From Nitrospirota bacterium (GTDB lineage: Bacteria; Nitrospirota; UBA9217), in assembly GCA_963845065.1 (NCBI GenBank), contig CAWJQQ010000002.1:352001-416000 (forward strand): a stretch of 64,000 nucleotides of DNA, in the 5' to 3' direction. The first letter of the stretch is position 1; each line of letters opens with the position of its first letter. The notes under the pieces are model-generated. The model saw only the letters and a list, made by a program, of their open reading frames with translations. It did no database searches and was not told the DNA's origin. Below, in pieces: positions 1-9,838 of the stretch. The translations under genes were made by a program, and so were the position numbers.

Positions 1-1648
1 CGGTCATGAGGGACAGTTTCAGCAGCAGAAGAATGGCCAGAGCGTTTGCGGAGGAATGAGGAGTGTCCTCAATTTTCTTTAACCTCGTGTCCAGAACCTC
101 GTTTTCCGTATCAAAGAAACCACCTTCACTCGGATCGAAGAACTTCTTGATGCATGATGCCATTAAATCATCAGCAAGGAGAAGATAGCGCTGCATGGCC
201 GTTGCTGTGTAACCAGTAATGAGCGCGTCGATGAGGTGAACATAATCGTCGAGTCCTGCGGGAATGTCCGCTGCGTGCATCAGCACGTGGTCAATGAACC
301 GGTCCTTCAAGATACGCTCCAGACTCTTCACGCCAAAGGCCTTCGCCTCTTCGTCGCCGAAAACGTTAAAAGCGTGGAAATAAGCGGCGATGAGCATGCC
401 ATTCAGGGATGTATATAGGGTACGATCGACAAAGGGCATTACACGCTTTGACCTGGCTGAGAGCATTTTTTTCTTGCCGCTCACAATGATACGATGTGCG
501 TCCTCGACGCTCTTTCCGAGACTTTTTGCAATCTCCTCAATAGGCTGTTCCTCGAATACGACCTTCTTTTCCGGATCATGGTGCATGCTCCCCTTTTCAT
601 GCAGTAAATACACCGACAGGACGTCATACTCCTCCGGACCGAGAGCCGATCTCAAATCTTCATCGGTCCAGGTAAAGTACCCTCCTTCGTCATCAGGTGT
701 CACATCGGCATCCTGGCTTGCATAGAACCCGCCGCGCGGATCAGACAGCACCTCACGGGTAAAAGCGATGATGTCCACTGCTATTTCGCGAAACTGTTCG
801 TTTCCGAAAACTGCAAAAGCATCAGTATAATTTCTGAGGAGCCCCGCATTGTCATCAGCCATTTTTTCAAAGTGTGGTACTATCCACGACTCGTCTGTAG
901 AATACCGATGAAATCCGCCTCCGAGGTGGTCGTGGAAACCTCCGCGCGCCATGGCACCTAGCATGCTGCGTGCAGCTTCGGTTGTCGCATGATCATTCTG
1001 TACGCGGGACCGCCGTATCAAGAACTCGAGAGCTCCGGGCATCGGGAACTTGGGGACCACACCGAACCCTCCGTGCTCATTATCGAATTGGGAAAGCAGT
1101 GCGCTTTCGGCTTCGCTTATCAGCTCCTCGCTAATGATGGACGGCTCAAGGGCTTTTGTCTTCAACGTGTCCATCACCCGCAGGGAGAATGACGCTGCAT
1201 CTGCATGCTTGGTTTTATAAAAATTACTCACGGCTGTAAGTACTTTCCTGAATCCCGGCCTTCCACCTTTGTCCTCGGGCGGGAAATAAGTCCCCCCGTA
1301 AAAAGGTTTTTTGTCCGGCATCAGGAACACGGAAAGCGGCCACCCATTATCGCTCCCCATGACAGCGACAGCTTGCTGATATCTTCGGTCAATGTCGGGC
1401 CGCTCATCACGGTCCAGTTTGATATTAATGTAGAGTTCATTCAGGAGCTGCGCAGTCTCATCCTCTTCAAATGATTCTTTCGCCATTACATGGCACCAGT
1501 GGCACCATGCGGCGCCCGTACTCAGAAACACGGGTTTATTCTCCCTGCGTGCGCGCTCGAATGCCTCATCGGACCATGGATACCACTCGATCTTCTGGTT
1601 TGCAGCGCGTTTGAGGTACGCCGATTTTTCATTTGCCAGTCTATTCAT
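1..1648 (-). CDS. Thioredoxin-domain / glycoside-hydrolase-like protein, YyaL (SPATA20) family; runs off the window edge
   Basis: Absent from the ORF track because there is no stop inside the window. Manual translation from ATG 1648 gives MNRLANEKSAYLKRAANQKIEWYPW..GAAWCHWCHVMAKESFED..MGSDNGWPLSVF..GGFHRYSTDESWIVPHFEKM, all YyaL signature motifs. Confidence 0.9.
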   Translation of the reverse strand, partial: MNRLANEKSAYLKRAANQKIEWYPWSDEAFERARRENKPVFLSTGAAWCHWCHVMAKESFEEDETAQLLNELYINIKLDRDERPDIDRRYQQAVAVMGSDNGWPLSVFLMPDKKPFYGGTYFPPEDKGGRPGFRKVLTAVSNFYKTKHADAASFSLRVMDTLKTKALEPSIISEELISEAESALLSQFDNEHGGFGVVPKFPMPGALEFLIRRSRVQNDHATTEAARSMLGAMARGGFHDHLGGGFHRYSTDESWIVPHFEKMADDNAGLLRNYTDAFAVFGNEQFREIAVDIIAFTREVLSDPRGGFYASQDADVTPDDEGGYFTWTDEDLRSALGPEEYDVLSVYLLHEKGSMHHDPEKKVVFEEQPIEEIAKSLGKSVEDAHRIIVSGKKKMLSARSKRVMPFVDRTLYTSLNGMLIAAYFHAFNVFGDEEAKAFGVKSLERILKDRFIDHVLMHAADIPAGLDDYVHLIDALITGYTATAMQRYLLLADDLMASCIKKFFDPSEGGFFDTENEVLDTRLKKIEDTPHSSANALAILLLLKLSLMT

Positions 1649-1746
1649 ATCAGTTTTAAATATGCCTCAGATAAACTGAAACGCCTTGACAACCTGGAAG
1701 TAAGGTTGCCCGGTGTCTCTTAGTCGTTTCAACAATATTTTTTGAT

Positions 1747-2193
1747 TCAAAACGTCTTCGGGTCTTCGGGCGGGAGAGATGTTTCATCAAAAGGCATCAC
1801 GCCGAGCTGAACCATCACGTCATCGAAGTCCGTGAGAAGTTGCCGATACTCGTATCCCGGCATTTCTTCCTGTAAGGCACGTTCGGTAAGTCGATCGAAC
1901 GATTCGAAGTCAAAAACACCATCAAGCACGTGCGAACGTACGAGTGCAGCGTACAGCGTACTTTCCTTATTCAGGTCCGCATCATACCAGTTATAGAGGA
2001 GTGCTCGATGGTCTGGGTCTCCAATGTAGGATCTCATTGCTCCTTCAAGCGCATCATAAAGCGTCACGATCCCTGCAGCGATCTTACCCTCTCTCAACCT
2101 GCGTTTACCGCAGCGGATATGTAGCTGTGCGCGCAGGAGCGGCCCTTTTACTGGCCCGAGTTTTTTCTCGTCCATCAAACCAAAGTGTGGCAT
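1747..2193 (-). CDS. Hypothetical protein (148 aa)
   Basis: ATG with upstream GAGG, protein-like composition, co-oriented with neighbours. Confidence 0.7.
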   Translation of the reverse strand: MPHFGLMDEKKLGPVKGPLLRAQLHIRCGKRRLREGKIAAGIVTLYDALEGAMRSYIGDPDHRALLYNWYDADLNKESTLYAALVRSHVLDGVFDFESFDRLTERALQEEMPGYEYRQLLTDFDDVMVQLGVMPFDETSLPPEDPKTF

Positions 2194-2458
2194 AAAACCT
2201 CGCGAACAATCACTCCAGGCTGTCTTCTGTCCATCTCCCGTGACCTTTCTTAAAGTATAGCACAGGAGAATAATGGAAAATTACCCTGTTGCATATTACA
2301 CCATGTGCAAGAGAGAAAAAATGGAGGCGATCATTACGAACGGCAACAATGTCTTGATTGAGGGAAGGGAAACAGGTGTAGCCGTCATTTTTGCTTTTCT
2401 TTGCCGATCCGTCTAGACGCGCAATATATCGGTTGCGACCGGCATCAAGACGGATATA

Positions 2459-2511
2459 TGGCGCACTCCCACCGCTAAAGCACGTGGGTTTCCCGCGCTA
2501 TCTTCCTAAAA
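2459..2511 (-). repeat. Solo IS200/IS605-type terminal hairpin (REP-like)
   Basis: Plus strand gcgcactCCCACcgctaaagcacGTGGGtttcccgcgc..ctaaaa, the typical ccc-ctaaag-ggg end palindrome. Confidence 0.6.
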
Positions 2512-2670
2512 ATTGATTGTCTTTGGGTGTTGTTACGAGTTGAAACTTGTGGATACTGGATGGGGTTTTGGCATTTTTGCAATTGCAGCGCAAACATGCC
2601 ACAATCGCTAAGTTCCCGAACTCACCTCCATGGTTTAAAACCACGGACTTTCTGCGGATTTTCCGGTAAA
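2512..2670 (-). mobile_element. IS200/IS605 left end plus 5' tnpB fragment, same family as 46340-47273
   Basis: Shares GTTACGAGTTGAAACT, GATGGGGTT, CCACAAT and the ccatggtt(t)aaaac..ggactttctgc..cggtaa end hairpin with 47100-47273. Confidence 0.65.
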
Positions 2671-2674
2671 GCTC

Positions 2675-3958
2675 TTATGGCGACCACGCCGGTGATGTGT
2701 AATTGGCATCATTCGGTGTTATGCGTTCTATATCGCTGCCGTCCGCATTCATGATGTAGAGGTTGGATTTTCCTTCGCGGTTCGAGCTAAAAAGGATTTG
2801 CCTTCCCGAAGCCGACCAACAAGGGTTTTCATCGCTGCCTGGGCCACTCGTCAGGATGCGATAATCTGACCCGTCAGGGCTCACGGTCGCGATTTTGAAT
2901 AAGCCCTGGATCAGCGTCACGAACACAATCCGGTCTCCGCGCGATGACCAATTCGGAGACGCATTGTAGTTTCCTTCAAACGTGATTCTGCGGACATCGG
3001 TTCCATCGGATCCCATAATGTACACTTGCGGTGTCCCTGCCCTGCCCGATGTAAAGGCGATTTCCCTTCCGTTCGGCGCCCATGCAGGAGACACATTGTC
3101 GAACGCCCCGTAGGTGAGCCGCTCCAGGTCGTTCCCATTCTGGCTCATGGTGTAGATTTCCGTGCCATTGTCCTTTGTCAAGGCCAACGCAAGACGATTC
3201 CCGTTCGGCGACCACGAAGGTGAGATGTTCAGGCCTGCGCTACCGGATATTTTCCACCGCTTGCCGGTATCCATGTTAAGTCCGTAGAGATCAGGGTTCT
3301 TGTCGCGGTAGGACACGTAGGCGAGTACTTTGCCATCGGGGCTCCAGGCCGGTGACAGGCAGATGGAGCGATCCGCCGTAATCCGCATCGGATTCTGGCC
3401 GTCATAGTCCATGACGTACAGTTCTTTGAATCGAGTCTTGTCCGACACGTAGGCAATTCGGGTTTGTGCTATACCACGCTCACCCGTATACCGAAATACG
3501 ATTTCGTCGGCGAAGGCATGGACCATACGCCGAAAGGTTTCTTCGTTGCCAAAATACGCCTTATTCGAGATGCGCATTCCCGATGCGGCATCAAAGAGCA
3601 TTCCCTGCAGCACGAGGTCCTTGTCCTTTCTTTGGAGTTTTACCCAGACCACGCCGGTCAAGCCGAAGGTACCACAACGTTTGATTACATCACCTGCCGG
3701 CTCTGTTTTGCCCTCGTAGACCACATCCAGCTTTTTCGGGTCCATGACGTCAAATATCTGGGAACGGCGGAGATCATCCTGTAAAACGTTAAGGGCCAAG
3801 GCGCGAAGCGCGGACGATCCTATATCATCGTACACATCGAGCACCGCAATAGGGATCTTCTTGCTTTCTCCCTGAACGACCCCGAGGTAGTACTGAGCAG
3901 ATACTGGCGTGCTCATGAGAGCGCAGATTAATATAGAGGTTATAAGACGTTTCATCAT
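2675..3958 (-). CDS. tolB: Tol-Pal beta-propeller protein TolB
   Basis: Signal peptide, TolB_N (KIPIAV..DLRRS), repeated SPAWSPDG PD40 motifs; follows tolQ-tolR-tolA. Confidence 0.93.
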   Translation of the reverse strand: MMKRLITSILICALMSTPVSAQYYLGVVQGESKKIPIAVLDVYDDIGSSALRALALNVLQDDLRRSQIFDVMDPKKLDVVYEGKTEPAGDVIKRCGTFGLTGVVWVKLQRKDKDLVLQGMLFDAASGMRISNKAYFGNEETFRRMVHAFADEIVFRYTGERGIAQTRIAYVSDKTRFKELYVMDYDGQNPMRITADRSICLSPAWSPDGKVLAYVSYRDKNPDLYGLNMDTGKRWKISGSAGLNISPSWSPNGNRLALALTKDNGTEIYTMSQNGNDLERLTYGAFDNVSPAWAPNGREIAFTSGRAGTPQVYIMGSDGTDVRRITFEGNYNASPNWSSRGDRIVFVTLIQGLFKIATVSPDGSDYRILTSGPGSDENPCWSASGRQILFSSNREGKSNLYIMNADGSDIERITPNDANYTSPAWSP

Positions 3959-4045
3959 GATAATAATTAGGGGGTCAGAAGTCGGCATCAGAAAAATTCA
4001 TGCCCGTTAAAAAATTACGCTTGACCCGTGCACATTGACCGATAG

Positions 4046-4771
4046 TTATTCCGCCATTAGATCGACGCTGAACTCCAATGACTGCTTTCCAAACTCTTCC
4101 GGCAATGGTGGAAAGGGGTTCGATGATTGAATCGCCCGTATCGCCGCCTGAATAAATATCGTAGAGCCATTTGAATGATCCGTATCGATATTCACACCTA
4201 ATACCCAGCCTGATCTGTTAATTGAAAATATGACCCTGGCCATCGCATCCTTAGCATCTGGCGGAGGTCTCCAATTCTGTCCTATCTTATCTTTGACACT
4301 ATTGAGATACCATAAATATTTAAATTCCTCCTGCGTTGTCGGTAATGAAACACCTTCGGTCTTCGCCGCTGACTTCTGTGACTGCGCTTCGGCCGGTTCT
4401 GAAGGTTTTATTTCTTCGGGCTTCGGTTTCTGTTTTTGGTTGGAAATTTCGGGCATTGCATTTTTTTTTGCGGTTGTACTGGCTACCTTGAGAGTTGCCT
4501 TTATTGTCTTTTTCGGTTCTGCCTTTCTTTCCTCCCTCGGTGTCGGCGGAGGAAGCGGAGCAGTTTGCCGGACTGGTGTCGGCGCGATATCCGCCGGCAG
4601 CCCTACAAGCTTCACGTTATAGAACGGAAGTACAGATACTCTTGGGGACGCTACACTGTAGATGAATAGCGCGGCGGCTACAATGGCAGCGTGGATGAAG
4701 AAAGAAAAGAAGACCGCAAGCAACAGTTCGTAGCCTGACTGCCCGATCCTCTTCCCGGAAAGCAGCTTCAT
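4046..4771 (-). CDS. tolA: TolA/TonB C-terminal domain protein
   Basis: N-terminal TM with SxxxH, Pro/Lys-rich linker, C-terminal KIGQNWRPP..AIQSSNPFPPLP. Confidence 0.8.
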   Translation of the reverse strand: MKLLSGKRIGQSGYELLLAVFFSFFIHAAIVAAALFIYSVASPRVSVLPFYNVKLVGLPADIAPTPVRQTAPLPPPTPREERKAEPKKTIKATLKVASTTAKKNAMPEISNQKQKPKPEEIKPSEPAEAQSQKSAAKTEGVSLPTTQEEFKYLWYLNSVKDKIGQNWRPPPDAKDAMARVIFSINRSGWVLGVNIDTDHSNGSTIFIQAAIRAIQSSNPFPPLPEEFGKQSLEFSVDLMAE

Positions 4772-5187
4772 TTACCGGTCTCGCCCCCGGATGCGGCTTC
4801 GGTCACCATCCCGAGCCGATCAATACCCGCCCGTTTCACCACGTCCATAACCTGCACTACCGCACCGTAGGGTGCATCTTTGTCCGCCCTAAGATACACA
4901 TTGATGAGCGGCTTCGTTTTACGAATAGAGTCAAGCACCTCTTTCAACTTTGCGATGTTCACCCGCTCTTTTTCAACGAAGACCTCCTGGGCACGGGTGA
5001 CCGTCAGCACGATACGGTCCTCGGGCTTGACCGTGTTGGCTTCGGACTTGGGAAGGTTCACGTCCAGCCCCCTACTCATCATGGGAGAGACGATCATGTA
5101 AAAAAAGAGGATCGTCAGCAGCACGTCGATGAGCGGCACCAGGTTCAACTCGCGGATAATATGCCGTTCCCGCCTCTCGAAGCTCAT
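4768..5187 (-). CDS. tolR: TolR/ExbD
   Basis: ELNLVPLIDVLL motif and LRADKDAPYGAVVQVMD. Confidence 0.9.
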   Translation of the reverse strand: MSFERRERHIIRELNLVPLIDVLLTILFFYMIVSPMMSRGLDVNLPKSEANTVKPEDRIVLTVTRAQEVFVEKERVNIAKLKEVLDSIRKTKPLINVYLRADKDAPYGAVVQVMDVVKRAGIDRLGMVTEAASGGETGK

Positions 5188-5900
5188 AACTTCCTCCGGA
5201 GGAGGTTTCGCTCGAGATAGCTCAGAAACTCCATTGAAAAGGAATCACATCGGATCGCAATATCACGGATTTTATCAGCGAAATAATTGTATGCAATGAC
5301 AGCGGGAATCGCCACGAACAGTCCCGAGATAGTGTTGATCAGCGCCGCTGCAAGACCCGGGGCCAGGGCACCGATATCACCGGTACCCTTGAGACCGATG
5401 CCATAAAAGGCGTCCATAATTCCCCAGACAGTGCCGAACAGTCCCAGGAGTGGGCCTACGGTCCCCGTAGTGCCCAGGAACGCTAGATAGCGCTCCATGT
5501 ACACAATCTCGTCCTGCGTCGTGATCTTAAGCGAGCGCTCGATTTCCTGGGAGATGAGCGGCCGTTCGTCGTCGGTCACATGGCCATCGGGGAGGCTCTT
5601 GATGATGGACTCGGCCTCGCGGTATCCCTCGACAAAGAGCGTTGCCAGGGGGCTGAACTTATTCGTTTCAGCTTGTTTCAAAAGTTCCTGTATGTTCTTG
5701 GTCTTCCGGTAAGTCTGAAGGAAGGAATGGGATTCCTTCTCTGCCCTTCGTAGGAATTGGTACTTGAGCAGGATCATGGCCCAGGATACAATTGAAAACC
5801 CCATTAGGATGAAAACAATTCCCTTGCCGACCCATCCGGACTCGCCGAAGAGACCGAGCGCTCCCGTGCCCAGACCGGGCATCGCACTTATTGCCAACAT
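5184..5900 (-). CDS. tolQ: TolQ/ExbB proton channel
   Basis: GPLLGLFGTVWGIMDAF..GLFVAIPAVIAYN. Confidence 0.9.
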   Translation of the reverse strand: MLAISAMPGLGTGALGLFGESGWVGKGIVFILMGFSIVSWAMILLKYQFLRRAEKESHSFLQTYRKTKNIQELLKQAETNKFSPLATLFVEGYREAESIIKSLPDGHVTDDERPLISQEIERSLKITTQDEIVYMERYLAFLGTTGTVGPLLGLFGTVWGIMDAFYGIGLKGTGDIGALAPGLAAALINTISGLFVAIPAVIAYNYFADKIRDIAIRCDSFSMEFLSYLERNLLRRKL

Positions 5901-6045
5901 TTATGATACCTCCGGATATATAAAAAATAAATAATTTTGTCATTGAGCGCAGAGGACACGACTTTAATCTCTTGCTCCGCTACTATTCCCGTCCATCTCT
6001 GCGACCTCTATAAGTAAATAATTTTTTGCTTTGTTCTTCGTTTTC

Positions 6046-7977
6046 TTAAGGGATAGCAATAACGTTTCCCATCTCCGAAATATCATAGCCCCCCATGGAC
6101 ACGATCTGATCCCGGAATTCTTTGTCCTTACGAATGATGGCCAGCAACGCCTGCATCATGGGTAAATCGTAGAACTCTTGCATGATTGCCAGATCATACC
6201 GTTCCTGTGCCACAGGGATGAAATCCAATTGAAGCGCCTGGGCTGCAGAGAGTACGGCGAGCCCCGTATCGGCTGCGCCGGAGAGAACGGCAGCAGCCAC
6301 GGCCATGTGAGTAAATTCCTCGTGATCATACCCTTTTACGTTTCTCGGGTCAATCCTTAATCGTTTGAGATATAGGTCAGTGAGGAGACGCGTCCCAGCG
6401 CCCGCCTGTCGGTTCACAAAGACCACGTCTTTGCGCCTAAGGTCTTCGAATCCTTTGATGCCCTTCGGATTGCCCCGGGGAACGATGAAGCCCTGAGTCC
6501 TGTACACGAGGTTAATGAGCACGGTTTTCTGGTTAGGTAGCAGTTTTTTGATAAAGCTCACATTATATTCCCCCGTTTCCTCATCAAGAAGATGGGTTCC
6601 AGCGAGATGGGCCTCCCTGCGCTTCAGCGCCAACAGTCCGCCCATGCTTCCCACATGGGCGGAAGAGAGCGAAAACTGGGAATTTTTTTTCTTGAGGAAG
6701 TTCGCGAGCACGTCGAGCACATTGTCGTGCGAGCCAATACAGACGATAGTGTTCTCGATATCGTGGGGGGGGCGAAGCAATTCAACCGCAACCTCGTGGT
6801 TTGATGCAATCCCCTCGCTCTGGGCCGGTACGCGAATGATGCCGTCAGCGCGTACGAGCGACATGAGCGCCCCGGCACCCCGAGTCACAGGTGTGGCGAT
6901 CAAGTTCCCTGCGACGCTTCCGAGCTTGACGCGGATGAATTCCTCCAGCCCAAGCGGTGAGGCCACTTGACGGCTCAGCTTTGCTGTGACCGTTCCCGGA
7001 TCGGGAGGCGTAACGCCAAGGAAAGCGTAGATAAGCGTTTTCACGAAAAGATTGAATGTGAGAGCTGCTGAGACCGGGTAGCCTGGAATGCCTACGGCCG
7101 GTTTCCCTTTCACGATGCCCAGGATTACCGGCTTGCCGGGTTTGATAGCGACACCGTGTACAATGACGTTGCCAAGCTCGGCAATCACGTCAGCGGTAAA
7201 ATCCTCTCTCCCTGCTGACGAACCAGCGTTGATCACGACGATATCAGAGTCAGCGAGAGAATCCAGAATCGTCCTTCTCAGGAGAGCGGCATCGTCCTTG
7301 ACAATATTCTTACGAATCGCATGGGCGCCGCACTCGCTCACCATCGCGGACAGCATGGTAGAGTTAAAATCGATGATATCACCCTTTTTTGGTACGCTGC
7401 CCGGTTCGACAAGCTCTGTTCCCGTGGGGATGATCGAAACAACAGGTCTGCGTCGCACCTTGACCGAGGTATTCCCGCTCGCAACCATAGCGGCCATGTC
7501 GACATGACGGACCACATGGTTCTCGGGGATGATTAGCTCCGTGGCAACGATGTCCTCGCCTACAAGCCGCACATGCTGCCATGGAGTGGATGACTTTAGA
7601 ATTTCGATCTCTGAATCAGAAACTTTTTCCACGTCCTCGATCATAATGACGGCGTTGAATTCATCGGGCATTGGGTCACCGGTGTCGATTGCAACGGCTT
7701 CAGTCGGGACGTTGAGGCGTTTGGGCCTTGTTTCGGTAGCACCAATGGTGTCGGTGAATCTGACGGCATAACCATCCATAGCAGCGGAATGGTAAAATGG
7801 TGACGAGATTTTCGCGATCACGGCATCGGACGTAACCCGGCCAAGCGCATCGCTTACCGGTATGCTCTCTCCTGCAAGCTGACCGCCGATATTGGCGGTC
7901 TTGAGCGCTTCGTGGTATTTCCGGATAGCATCGGCGAGCGGTTCGTTATCCAGATATTTTTTTTGTTTAAATGCCAT
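6046..7977 (-). CDS. moeA: Molybdopterin molybdotransferase MoeA fused to a C-terminal PBP (molybdate/tungstate-binding-like) domain
   Basis: SAAMDGYAV, IKPGKP, GIPGYPVS, then GSHD..VGSMGGLLAL..FVNRQAGAGTR PBP region. Confidence 0.9.
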   Translation of the reverse strand: MAFKQKKYLDNEPLADAIRKYHEALKTANIGGQLAGESIPVSDALGRVTSDAVIAKISSPFYHSAAMDGYAVRFTDTIGATETRPKRLNVPTEAVAIDTGDPMPDEFNAVIMIEDVEKVSDSEIEILKSSTPWQHVRLVGEDIVATELIIPENHVVRHVDMAAMVASGNTSVKVRRRPVVSIIPTGTELVEPGSVPKKGDIIDFNSTMLSAMVSECGAHAIRKNIVKDDAALLRRTILDSLADSDIVVINAGSSAGREDFTADVIAELGNVIVHGVAIKPGKPVILGIVKGKPAVGIPGYPVSAALTFNLFVKTLIYAFLGVTPPDPGTVTAKLSRQVASPLGLEEFIRVKLGSVAGNLIATPVTRGAGALMSLVRADGIIRVPAQSEGIASNHEVAVELLRPPHDIENTIVCIGSHDNVLDVLANFLKKKNSQFSLSSAHVGSMGGLLALKRREAHLAGTHLLDEETGEYNVSFIKKLLPNQKTVLINLVYRTQGFIVPRGNPKGIKGFEDLRRKDVVFVNRQAGAGTRLLTDLYLKRLRIDPRNVKGYDHEEFTHMAVAAAVLSGAADTGLAVLSAAQALQLDFIPVAQERYDLAIMQEFYDLPMMQALLAIIRKDKEFRDQIVSMGGYDISEMGNVIAIP

Positions 7978-8026
7978 TTTGCTTGTGCTCAATTCGATCC
8001 AACCTCAAACTAGTGAGGCGAAGTTG

Positions 8027-8414
8027 GTTATCGTGCCTAGCCAAGAAGACCCCCACCAAACTACGTTTTGGTCGGGGATGAATTGGTGCTTTTGCTATCT
8101 AGCGGCAACTGAACACTTGATAACCAGTAACAGTTTGCTGAAATAGGAATCAGTTCTTTGACATTCAGTATAGAGTTGGCACCATTATTTGGGTGGTACG
8201 TAAAACTGATTTCAATACCTCAACATGCTGATCTGTAATTTGACAGGTTCTAAGATTGTAACATAGAACGATACGGACAACATGTAAATCACAACCGAGT
8301 TTACGAGAGGAAACTCTCGTAAGTGACACTGCCTCTTTCAAGCCGTTGGCTGACCCTAATAAGGAACCACCTTTTTGGAAGTCCCAACCAATATTTGGTT
8401 GCGGGAGCATTCAC
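8027..8414 (+). mobile_element. Non-autonomous IS200/IS605 element with both ends and an omegaRNA-like 3' region, no ORF
   Basis: Left end gttatc..agaagaCCCCcACCAAActacgtTTTGGTcGGGGatgaa; right end ggaagTCCCAACCAAtatTTGGTTgcGGGAgcaTTCAC; second copy at 52053-52565. Confidence 0.7.
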
Positions 8415-8454
8415 TGTTTCTCTCCGTATCTCTGTGACCAATCGGTGAAATGCT

Positions 8455-9735
8455 CTAAAACAGCCGAACTTCCACCTCTTCACCCACTTCAATGCCTATT
8501 TTTTTTACCGGCACAACCACAGTGCCCACCGCCTTGACCAGCGTGCTAATAAGCCCTGAGGCCCCGAAAATGGGCCGAGCCCAAAGCCCGTCGTCCCGTT
8601 TTTCAAGTGCTACACGAACATGATCCTCGCGTCCGGGGCTGGAAGAAATGCTTCGTGCTAGGCGCGCCCTGACTATGCGATAGGAGGTTACATTTTCAAG
8701 TGCAGCATCAATGATCTCGCCTGTCAGACGGGAGAGTATTGGCCTTACAAAAAGGTCGAAGCAGATACTGACCGCGGCCGGGTGGCCGGGCAATCCGAAG
8801 ATGGGGACTTGGCCATGGGATGACCCTACGAGCCCGACGACAAGAGGTTTGCCAGGTTTGATCGATACGCCGTGCACCAGTACACCGGGCTGGCCTGCGC
8901 CATTTATCACTTTTGCTGTAAGATCAGCGGTGCCGACCGAACTTCCGCCGGTCATCAGGACAAGAGCGCTATCATTGATCGCTACTTCGAGGGTTTTCCG
9001 CAGGCTTTCATGCTCATCACGGATAATGCCCTTCTTCACCGGTACGCCGTAGAATTGAGTTATCAGACCTTCCAAATTATAAGAATTGCTGTCTCGAATC
9101 TGGCCCGGTGCCGGAACCGTGTTTGCGGATACAATCTCATTCCCTGTGGAAATGATGGCTACTTTCGGTTTTGTGAAAACTTTGACGATCGTGATGCCGA
9201 CGCTCGCGAGTGCCGACATGTCCTGAGGACGTATGCGGTGCCCCTTGCTCAGGATGTTCTCGTTTTTTTTGATGTCCTCTCCGGCCTGGACGACATTTTC
9301 CAGCGGAGCAACGGACTTCACTACTTCGATGTTCTCGGCATCGACGGCCTGGGTCTGTTCGAACATCACGACAGCATCGGCGCCGTTTGGCAGTGCGCCG
9401 CCCGTGGCGATCTTCATGGCTTCACCTTTGACAAGGGTGCGATCCGGCATCGTCCCCATGAGTATGTCGCCTACGACATGAAGAAAAGCCGGCCGTGATT
9501 CTGCAGCGCCAAAAGTGTCGGAGCTATTGACCGCATATCCATCCATGGTGGAGCGGTCAAACTGGGGAAGGTCTGAAGGAGAGGTAATATCATTCGCGAG
9601 GACACGGCTCAGGGCGGAGCTGATGGAGACCTCTTCGGTGTCAAGGTCAGGTAGGACAAATTGCTCGCTCAGAATCATAAGTGCTTTCTCGCGGGTAACT
9701 ACTCCGCTCCTGCCAAGCATGTCTTTAACGGTCAT
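8455..9735 (-). CDS. moeA: Gephyrin-like molybdopterin molybdotransferase MoeA/Glp
   Basis: RSTMDGYAV, IATGGALPNGADAVVM, STGNE, IKPGKP, GLPGHP. Confidence 0.92.
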   Translation of the reverse strand: MTVKDMLGRSGVVTREKALMILSEQFVLPDLDTEEVSISSALSRVLANDITSPSDLPQFDRSTMDGYAVNSSDTFGAAESRPAFLHVVGDILMGTMPDRTLVKGEAMKIATGGALPNGADAVVMFEQTQAVDAENIEVVKSVAPLENVVQAGEDIKKNENILSKGHRIRPQDMSALASVGITIVKVFTKPKVAIISTGNEIVSANTVPAPGQIRDSNSYNLEGLITQFYGVPVKKGIIRDEHESLRKTLEVAINDSALVLMTGGSSVGTADLTAKVINGAGQPGVLVHGVSIKPGKPLVVGLVGSSHGQVPIFGLPGHPAAVSICFDLFVRPILSRLTGEIIDAALENVTSYRIVRARLARSISSSPGREDHVRVALEKRDDGLWARPIFGASGLISTLVKAVGTVVVPVKKIGIEVGEEVEVRLF

Positions 9736-9838
9736 ACATTACCCCACGATGGAACAAATAGCCGTCAAGGTGCATGGTACTTGAAGATTTCTCTTGCGAC
9801 CAGAACACCCTGGCGGTTCGTCTTTTTGTATGAAGGAC

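Noticed and set aside
236..1723. Several plus-strand ORFs in the track
   Set aside because: Shadows of the YyaL-like gene on the minus strand.
2520..2560. Y.RVS-like reading suggesting an IS607 serine recombinase (also at 47110)
   Set aside because: The alternative frame (TPSFICEFQL in the 47110 copy) fits a TnpB N-terminus and continues into other tnpB fragments.
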